A stretch of DNA of 64,000 nt, from NCBI GenBank assembly GCA_951406725.2, contig OX597834.1:43338001-43402000 (forward strand). The letters run 5' to 3'. Positions 54,565 to 64,000 of this stretch are shown piece by piece. This DNA is from Octopus vulgaris. Taxonomy: Eukaryota. The first letter of the stretch is position 1; each line of letters begins with the position of its first letter. The translations under genes and the position numbers were made by a program. A model generated the notes under the pieces. It was not told where the DNA came from and did no database searches. It worked only from the letters and a program-made list of their open reading frames with translations.

Positions 54565-54935
54565 CGGTTTAAAATCTTGGTACAATGCCAGGAATTTCCG
54601 GTGAGAAAGTAAGAAGATGACATCAACCCCAGTGCCTAACTGGTTCATATTTTATCGAACTTGAAAAGGTAGAAGGAAAAGCCAAACCCGGCTGCGTTTG
54701 AACCCAGAACGTAATCCCGCGAAGTATTTTCCTCGGTGTGCTAACGATTCTCTCAAGGTGGCCGCTTTGAATACTACTTGAACATTGAATTCAAAATTTG
54801 GCACAAAATTTGGCACAAGGCCAGCAACTTCAAGGGAGGTGCTAAGTCGGTAGCATCGGCCCCGGTGCACAATTGTTAGTTATATTATTGACACCCGAAA
54901 AAAAACTGAAAGGCAATTTCGGCCTCGATGGAATG
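54565..54935 (-). mobile_element. Two diverged SINE family B copies
   Basis: Tails at ~54565 and ~54790 (AAATTTGGCACAAGGCCAGCAA) with degenerate bodies. Confidence 0.65.
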
Positions 54936-55127
54936 TCTTTGATACAGTTCCCATCTAATAGTGACTGGTTTTGACGTGTATAATCAACAACAGGGGGAAG
55001 TGGTGAAGCAATCAATTCCCTCCTCTCTTTCTCACTTTCTCTCTCCTTCTGTCGTTCTCTCTTTCTCTCCCCTTCTTCTTACTCTGCGTCTATACACACA
55101 CACCCATACATATATATACATATACAT

Positions 55128-55187
<60 letters not shown>

Positions 55188-55189
<2 letters not shown>

Positions 55190-55350
55190 GACAGGATTCT
55201 TACAGTTTACGTCCACCAAATTCACCCACAAGTCTTTCGTTGGCCCGACACTATAGTAGAAGACACTTGCCTAAGGTGCCCCGAAGTAGGACTGGACCCA
55301 GAACCATGTGGTTGGAAAGCAAGCTACTTACCACACAACCACTAATGCAA
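55188..55350 (-). mobile_element. SINE family A 5' half
   Basis: TATAGTAGAAGACACTTGCCTAAGGTGCC...GAACCATGTGGTTGG.AAGCAAGCTACTTACCACAC. Confidence 0.85.
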
Positions 55351-55568
55351 CTATGTGTATATCATGTGGCAAATCATCCTTTATTCTGATTGTATGGCAA
55401 ATATTACGTCGGTTCTTGTCTATTTAATCCGTATGGATATGAAACTCAGAGAAATTGTACACTTGCTGTGTTTTGTATTCTCTACGCGACTGAATATCTT
55501 ACATAAATGATCGAACGTTGCACTGTCACGATGTATGTGCTGTTTTTATTATACAAACACACACACAT

Positions 55569-55600
<32 letters not shown>

Positions 55601-55715
55601 GTATATGTATATATTCTTGTTTATATATACACACATACATATATATAGAATATACATACACACATTCATACAAATATATGCATTTATATATATATATATA
55701 TACATGTATAAATAT

Positions 55716-55777
<62 letters not shown>

Positions 55778-55815
55778 ATATACACCCCCGACCACACACA
55801 CATATATATATATAA

Positions 55816-56033
55816 GCAGAATCGTTAGCACGCCGGACGAAATGCTCAGCAGTATTTCGTCTGTCGCTACGTTCTGAGTTCAAAATCTGCCGAGGTCGAC
55901 TTTGCCTTTCATCCTTTCGGGATCGATTAAATAAGTAGCAGTTACGCACTGGGGTCGATAAAATCGATTTAATCCGTTTGTCTGCCCTTGTTTGTCCCTT
56001 CTGTGTTTAGCCCCTTGTGGGTAGTAAAGAAAT
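55816..56033 (+). mobile_element. SINE family B, single module
   Basis: GCAGAATCGTTAGCACGCCGG...GCCTTTCATCCTTTCGGG...TTTAGCCCCTTGTGGGTAGTAAAGAAAT. Confidence 0.95.
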
Positions 56034-56200
56034 ATATATATATATAAGCATATATAAATTTATACGACACATGTCTCTGGTGAGAATTGTAATTCCATCT
56101 CTGCGCATTAGTCCGTCCCCCACTTTTTTGAGTCTGGCTCTTTTATTTGCGTGCCAATCTGTTACAGTCTGCGTATAAATGAGTGTATGTATATGAGTAT

Positions 56201-56332
56201 GTGTGTCCGAGTGTGTGTGTGTGTGTGTGTGTCCGAGTGTGTGTGTGTGTGTCCGAGTGTGTGTGTGTGTGTCCGAGTGTGTGTGTGTGTGTCCGAGTGT
56301 GTGTGTGTGTGTCCGAGTGTGTGTGTGTGTGT
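56201..56332. repeat. 20-bp minisatellite (GT)8-CCGA
   Basis: CCGA at 56207, 56233, 56253, 56273, 56293 and 56313. Confidence 0.95.
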
Positions 56333-56699
56333 TTGTGTCTGTATGCCAGCACGCGTGTGATATTTTCAACAATAATTGCATCTCTTACTACATCTTAAGC
56401 CGGTTTCTCTATTGCAATCCGAACTTTTAAATAGATACTCTTAAATCCCAATGACTTTCTCGAAATGCCTAACAGACCTTTCTCTGTCATTTACAAAGAT
56501 ACTGAATCAATAGCGAAGTAGATGTTCCTTCTATTACTATCTCTTTTGTGTTCGCTTAACTTTTAGAATCGTTTTTTCTATTGTTACTTTCCCTAATATA
56601 TTTAAATGTATATGTTTATTAATCATCGTGTGTTTCTTCTTTTCTTTTTTCCTCTTCTTACTTTGTCTTTTTTTTTTATTATCTATCTAACCTTTTAAG

Positions 56700-56714
56700 C
56701 CAAGAAATGTACAG
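56700..56714 (+). other. Candidate 15-nt microexon
   Basis: ~50-nt pyrimidine tract, CTAAC branch-like motif, ttttaag|CCAAGAAATGTACAG|gtgagt. Length is a multiple of 3. Confidence 0.4.
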
Positions 56715-57099
56715 GTGAGTTTATTACAATATAGACACCTGCGCTTCAGTAGTCATAGTTTTATTTAGAATAGACTGTCCAATTTGCAGCAAGGTGATAA
56801 AATGGCCTGAGGTTCACAGAGAAGGTATCAAGAAGAAATGATTTCCAGAACAAGAAACATCAAAAGCTAAAAACAAAATAGTAAAAAAAGAAAAAAATAT
56901 GGAAATAAAAAAGAAAAGAAAAGAAAAAGCATATCACAAAAGAAAGTGATAAATCAATACCAAGATAAGTATGTATATATATTCGATAATAGACGTCTAT
57001 ATGTGTGTATATATGTGTGTGAGTGTATGTGTATGTGTGTTGTTTTATGAATGTATGCGTGCTTTTTTGCATGCATGTATTGTGTATGCTTTCGTGTGG

Positions 57100-57134
<35 letters not shown>

Positions 57135-57174
57135 CACATACTCTACGTGTAGATACAAACACACATATATATAC

Positions 57175-57226
<52 letters not shown>

Positions 57227-57236
57227 GTATATATAG

Positions 57237-57294
<58 letters not shown>

Positions 57295-57480
57295 ATATAC
57301 GTATATATATATAACAGTAATAAATGCTTATATATATATAGCTACTCGTTTAATAAAGCCAAAATTATTTCAATGTTTGATTTCTTCTTCTCACCAAATT
57401 TCTTTCGTTGCTTAAGCAATCTGAGAAAACAATAGAAGCATGAATCTTAATGCAGTATTTGTATAATGACAATAAATACT

Positions 57481-57484
57481 TATC

Positions 57485-57516
<32 letters not shown>

Positions 57517-57559
57517 TATCATTATTATTATTATTATCATTATTATTATTATTATTATT

Positions 57560-57641
<82 letters not shown>
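57481..57641. repeat. (TTA)n/(TCA)n
   Basis: Direct reading. Confidence 0.95.
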
Positions 57642-57642
<1 letters not shown>

Positions 57643-57864
57643 TCTAATTATCATTAATATTATTATTCTTTATATTTCGTGTATTGGTTGGTCTTTATGG
57701 CTATTGTGATGTGGTTGTGAGTTCGAATCTCTTTCGAAGTCGATTTACCTTTCATACTTTCGTGGTTAGTAAAATAATTACCAATTAAGTACTGTTGCTG
57801 ATTCAATCGAACAACAGTACCTTTGTCCTAAACTGCTGAGGTGATGCCAAAATTTGAAATAGCT

Positions 57865-57955
57865 CTTCTTCTTCTTCTTCTTCTTCTTCTTCTTCTTCTT
57901 CTTCTTCTTCTTCTTCTTCTTCTTCTTCTTCTTCTTCTTCTCCTTCTTCTTCTTC
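57865..57955. repeat. (CTT)n
   Basis: Direct reading. Confidence 0.95.
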
Positions 57956-58309
57956 TCCTCCATCTTCTTTATCTTCTTCTTTCTTCTTCTATTATTATTA
58001 TCATTATTATTATTGTTAGATGCCTGTTATCTACCTATAGATAGCATGCTGCCTAATGTTAGATTTCAGAACAATATATTTGATGATGTTATGTACTGTA
58101 TTGATCTTTTGTTATATTTTGATTTTATTTTTTATTTTTCATTCTGTGAGCAAATAATTTCAGAACATAACCAAGTGACGAACAATGAGGAAGTTCAATA
58201 GAACCAGTCAGTTTGTTTATTATTGGCATTCTGACCCTCCCGATATCAAAAAAACTTACAGAGAATAATCTGTCTATTAAATTGCTTTAAAATAATGTTA
58301 CTTACTAAT

Positions 58310-58478
58310 GGCGTAGAAGTGGCTGTGTGGTAAGTAGCTTGCTTATGAACCACATGGTTCCTGGTTCAGTCGCACTGCGTGGCACCTTGGGCAAGTGTCT
58401 TCTACTATAGTCTCGGACCGACCAAAGCCTCGTGAGTGGATTTGATAGACGGAAACTGAAAGAATCCCGTCGTATATA

Positions 58479-58572
<94 letters not shown>

Positions 58573-58787
58573 TATGTATTTATGTATGTATCTGTGTTTG
58601 TACATGTTTATATGCCTGTGCCTGTCCCCCCAACATCGCTTGACAACCGATGCAGCTGTGTTTACGTCCCAGTAACTTAGCGGTTCGGCAAAAGACACCG
58701 ATACAATAAGTTCTTGGCTTACAAAGATTAAGATGGTGCTCCAGCGTGGCCATATTCAAATGACTGAAACAAGTAAAAGAGTAAAAG
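58310..58787 (+). mobile_element. SINE family A, full length
   Basis: GGCGTAGAAGTGGCTGTGTGGTAAGTAGCTTGC...internal (TA)n(TG)n...TGACTGAAACAAGTAAAAGAGTAAAAG. Confidence 0.95.
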
Positions 58788-59454
58788 TGTACTCATAATT
58801 TAACGTAACATCTGGGAACAAATACGGACAGAAAGTGTTTAGCACTGACTCAGTTCCCCTAACCAAATATTGGTGAATAAGAATAACACTGGATTTTATG
58901 AAATACCGAGGTAAGATATGGCACTCGAGATATGTAAAACATTGGGATTCGTTGTACTGGAATGCCCTTGATTGTAAATCTACTGTAGCTAGCCTCTCGT
59001 TTTTCCTGAACTTGACCAACACCTGATGACCACATTTTAAGCTTTAAAATATTCTGACTTCGTAACTCAAGTTTCTATCTATTTCGCTCGCTCTCTCTCA
59101 CACTCTTCCACTTTCTATTTCTCTTTCTATCCATCTCTCACTTTCCCTTTTTCCTTTTCGTATACATGTTGATACATGATGATCTAGTAATGCATTTCAG
59201 TAGATAAAGATGGTTACCAGTACATATCTCTACATACAAAGACATTCCAGTCTTGACTATCCAGAAAGAAAATTGGGATTTGAGCTAGAATTTTGCAGCT
59301 ATATCTCGCTTACGAACAACCACTGTCTTGGCAATACACGCACATACACGCAAACGCACATACACGCACACGCATACACACGCACACACACACACACACG
59401 CAAATACACGCACACGCACACACATACACATCGAAAAGCATTCAGGGATATTGT

Positions 59455-59536
59455 TGCATAGCGTAGTGGAATAGGATGTTCGGTTTACGACCACATAATC
59501 GTGAGTTCAATTCCGAGACTCGGCAGTGCATTGTGT
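59455..59536 (+). mobile_element. SINE family C head fragment
   Basis: TAGCGTAGTGG...GAGTTCAATTCC...GCATTGTGTT. Confidence 0.6.
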
Positions 59537-60576
59537 TAATAGCGAAGAACTTCAGACCAAGTCTGTTTACAGTTTACTCGTTTGTATTGGTTCCTACCCG
59601 GGTTCTGTTGCAGCCCTTTTCCACCTCTAAGCTCTGATTTCTTGCATGTTGTGTCGGTTCGAGAGCTCGGCAAGAGAAAATGGCGTCGCTGTCTGCTCGG
59701 AAATTAACAGGCAACTGAAAGAACTAGCGAAAACATGACACTGTCCACAAAATAAGGAAGATAGTATTAAGATTATATAAGGCAAAATCACAAGAGTAAC
59801 CCCCCAAAAGGGTGTATAATATTTCAATGCTAAAATGACTTCTGAATCATTCTCATTAACTTAATCGGTGGACATATATTACGCACAAATCGAACGTCGA
59901 TGTGATAATTATCGGTGAAACTATAAAAGCAAAATGTGAGTAAATTGCAGAAGTATTTTTCAAAGAATTTCATATCACTTTTAAAACATAAAGCTTATTT
60001 ATTTCTTTGTTAGGTAATGCTAGTGTCCTGCAATTATTGTTAATACTGTTTCAGTGTTTTCATTGTTATTTAGTGAGGTATAAATTTCCAGGTAATACCA
60101 CAGATATACTACATACCTCTCTACGTTTTCCCTTCTAGTCTATTCTCTTTATATTTGCCTTGAATTCGAGGAAGTTCTTTGCTGACATTCAGTATTGTTT
60201 CTACAAGCAATTGTACTTTACATCTTGACAATTTCTTAGTGATATAAACTCAACATTATTGCTAATATTTTAAAAACAATGGTAAAAAAAAAATCAAATG
60301 AAAAGTAAAATAACTATATTCCAACGACTCTCATAAAGTAGTCGCAAGTTATCTTTAATGGTGCTCAATATAGACGGTTCTGAGGATATAACAGACAAAA
60401 ACAGAGTAAGATACAATTTACAATTCCTGAATGGTTCGTCCATTTTGAATGGAAAAATATTTAACACAAATGGGTTTAAACGCGCGTGTATGCACACACA
60501 CACATATGCATATTTATGCAATTGTCTGCATACGTATATACTTAGATGCATACGCATACATATTCATACACACACA

Positions 60577-60650
<74 letters not shown>

Positions 60651-60986
60651 TTACACACGGATGTCTATATCAAATTCATATATATATATATATATATGTG
60701 TATGTGTATACCGTACGCACGTATATTTGAAAGAAGATTCCTATAAAGTGAAAATTCTTCAACCTAGTGTATTATATAATGATATATGTAGCAAGTAAAA
60801 AGTAATTACCTCAATACATCGATAAACCTCTTCCTCAACACGTTTATAATAGTTACAGACGCACACATTCATATATATATATATATATGTATATATATAT
60901 GGAGAGAAATAGACACACACAGACACACACATGTACATTCAAACACATATATTTATGTATATATATATATATATATATATATACAC

Positions 60987-61038
<52 letters not shown>

Positions 61039-61918
61039 TTACTTATATGCGTCTGCATGTCCTTATGTCTTAGATATGCATTAATGTGAGTGGATTGTTA
61101 GATAGCGCATAAATATCGACATTATACATCCGTACCTGTAGCTTTTTCATAAATATCCACAGCTGCGGATCTCTAATGTAGTACACGTCTTCAATTGCAA
61201 TTTCACTCACATATATAGGATCAGATCTTAGCAAATATATTATAGTATAGTATCCTGTACTATACAGAACCACCTATGTTTGTTACACATAGTTATCCAT
61301 ACAATACATTAAATCACGTTTAATTCAAATTTTTATTTACCAAAACGTTTGCTAGTGTCTTTGAGACATGTTTTCATCCTAGCGAGTATTAAGGGGTTCT
61401 TGTTTGTTCAGTGTTCCATGGCGTGGCTGTTCTATGGCCGAACTTGCAACACAGTACACTGGGGTCTATTCGCAAGAATATCGCTTTACCGGAAGCCACA
61501 CTGTTCCTCTTGACATACGGAATAATGGCTTGCACGGTGTTTTCGAGAACCTATTCCTATTGGATATAACTTTTTGATAGATTCGACCTTGCTTAATCAC
61601 AATTTAGTACTGATCTGGGTTAAAAAACCGAAAATATTTTTGTTTGCGATTTTTAAAAAATGTATGAGTATTGCAGGAATGCAACGATGAAAAATAAAAC
61701 AAAAAATGGAATCAATCGAATTATAATCCTTGCTGATTTGTTACTTTTCATTAACACCAGGCCAAGTCGACTATGATTGAGCGTATGTAGAATCTCAGGG
61801 GTTTCCCGCACCGTGATTATTCCACCTTTTTATCTTTCAGTATAAAATCTATCTTCCAGTGGGCCTTGTCAATGGAAGGAGTCCAAAGCAGATTACCTCT
61901 ATGAATATAAACTTATCC

Positions 61919-62147
61919 AAGGCGGCGAGCTGGCAGAAACGTTAGCACGCCGGGCGACATGTTTAGCGGTACTTCGCCTGCCGTTACGTTCTGAGTTCAA
62001 ATTCCGCCGAGGTCGACCTTGCCTTTCGGGGTCGATAAATTAAGTACCAGTTACGCACTGGGGTCGATATATTCGACTTAATCCCTTTGTCTGTCCTTGT
62101 TTGTCCTCTCTATGTTTAGCCCCTTGTGGGTAGTAAAGAAATAAGAA
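61919..62147 (+). mobile_element. SINE family B, full-length single module
   Basis: AAGGCGGCGAGCTGGCAGAAACGTTAGCACGCCGGGCG...TTTAGCCCCTTGTGGGTAGTAAAGAAATAAGAA. Confidence 0.95.
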
Positions 62148-62251
62148 ACCCAATGACAGAACTCTGAGTGTTAACGTTTAGGAATGAAGAAAGAAAGAAA
62201 ATAATAGTGGTGACGATGTGGCATCGTATCCAGGTGCGGTTAATATTTTAC

Positions 62252-62392
62252 CTGTTAAATATGATGTCGTTCATGCAAAACCTCAATCGTTAAAGTCTCC
62301 TCAAACACGAAACCAATGAGAAAAGACAGCCTCCCTTGTTGACGCATCTGCGAGAAACACTAACGACCACAGACAGACATTTAACTTCAGCG
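62252..62392 (-). other. Candidate 141-nt non-coding (5'UTR-type) exon
   Basis: Minus strand: tttcatttcctttttgttttag|CGCTGAAG...TTTAACAG|gtaaaa. Stops in all three frames. Same strand as the 150-nt exon. Confidence 0.3.
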
Positions 62393-63071
62393 CTAAAACA
62401 AAAAGGAAATGAAACGTAAATATTTAAAATATTTAACGTCATATTTCTGTAGCTAAATGTGTCCGTTTGTAATTCAGCTCTGTTGTATCTCGCCTCCCCT
62501 TCTTCCTGTTCCTCTCTCACATCACCACTCACTCTCTTCTCCTCGCATTCTCTCCCTCCCAGCCAACGACACACCTTCTTTCCTCTCTCTTTCTCTCTCT
62601 GTCTCTCCATCTCTCTGTCTCACATACACATACACACATACAAATTCACTCATTCTCACCTACGCACGCTCGTTTCTACCTACACACACAATTTTCTCAC
62701 TCAGACACAGTTCTCTCGTTATTCACGCACACATTTTCTATCTCTCTCCCCCTGTCTGTCTGTCTGTCTATCTTTCTCTCTCTCTCTCTTTGTCTCTCGA
62801 TATTTTTTCTTTCTTTTAACCTAATTTCCCATTCCACATCCCTTAATTCATCCTTTGTCATCGCCTTTTTCCCCTCCTATTTAACCCCGTCCATTTCTTA
62901 GCAACTCTTCTCTCTTATATCTTAGTTTCTAGTCACAAAGCCAAGATGATTTCTTCGCAATTTTCGAGAATGAGCATTCGATTATTTCATTATCTGAACT
63001 ACATAGCCATTCAATTAGCCTGTACGTGGCTGAATATTCCAAAGAAACTTGTACATTTACACAATTCTAAG

Positions 63072-63363
63072 AAAGTCGATCTCGGCAGAATTTGATCACA
63101 GAATTTGAACGTGAAGACAGACGAAATACCAATTTCTTTATTACCCACAAGGGGCTAAACATAGAGGAGACAACCAAGGACAGACAAAGGTATTAAGTCG
63201 ATTACATCGTCCCCAGTGCGGAACTGGTACTTAATTTATCGACCCCGAAAAGATGAAAGGCAAAGTCAACCTCGGCGGAATTTGAACTCACAACGTAACG
63301 ACAGACGAAATACCTCTAAGCATTTCGCCCCGCGGGCTAACGTTTCTGCCAGCTCACCGCCTT
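63072..63363 (-). mobile_element. SINE family B with partial second module
   Basis: Reverse-complement match to 61919-62147 plus an extra B-box segment. Confidence 0.9.
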
Positions 63364-64000
63364 GTAAGAAAGATGTGTTGATTGAACTCTGGCACCGAGT
63401 AAGTTCAGCCGTGATAAATGCTTAAACAAAATTATAAATGCTTAAAGGAGAGCTGCCGTTGTTGTGATACTGTTTTAGATCCAGATCAACTGTTATCAAT
63501 TGAAGTTACAATCATTGGCATTCCAACAAGGAATTAATTCAGTCAATGCGTATTTAACAGTTTGAATCAAGCTACATTAAATCTTTCTTCTGGTTGTCGG
63601 GTTCTTTTAAACGCCAAGACCTAGCATTATAGAAATAGTAGCAACATGTCTCTAGAAATCACATCTTTTTTGAAAGGGATTAAACTCCCATGTATGGAAG
63701 GTCGATAGAGGAGCACATGTGGCACATTTTTCACCGATTTGGGCATCGTCGAAGTCACCTACGAAAATGCTGAAGACTAATTGTTGATTTTAATGGTTTG
63801 AATGCAAAGACATATTTCGCTGTCTATAAAAAAAAAAAGAGAAGAGAAAAAAACAACAACAGTAATGCGAATAATCGGAATAGCTAGGGATCGAACTAGA
63901 TTACTACAAGTTTAGAATAACTATATTTTGCAAGCTCGACAATTCGTACAACAAAACAGCTTAGATCAACAACATAATGTACATTAACCAACATCTAAAC

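Overview
AT-rich eukaryotic DNA, mostly intronic or intergenic and saturated with microsatellites ((AT)n, (AC)n, (GATA)n, (ATAC)n, (AAT)n, (ATC)n, (AAG)n). The SINE repertoire and repeat landscape look like an octopus/coleoid cephalopod genome; this is inferred from recognising repeats, not from a database hit. Almost every ORF in the supplied track is a microsatellite artefact. Supported content: three tRNA-derived SINE families (dozens of copies), a Penelope-like element (PLE) remnant with a GIY-YIG endonuclease and long 3' region, several hammerhead-ribozyme (HHR)-bearing PLE-type short elements, two Helentron/DINE-like non-autonomous elements, Tc1/mariner (maT-like) and Tigger-like remnants, and degraded LINE pieces. 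There is one clean 150-nt minus-strand candidate coding exon and one 15-nt plus-strand candidate microexon. The most interesting signals are (i) a Naiad-like PLE with TGA at the conserved C-terminal CxH cysteine plus a degenerate SECIS-like stem overlapping a hammerhead core, and (ii) a tRNA-headed short element that also carries a hammerhead and an inverted terminal segment. Most boundaries were read by eye and are approximate.
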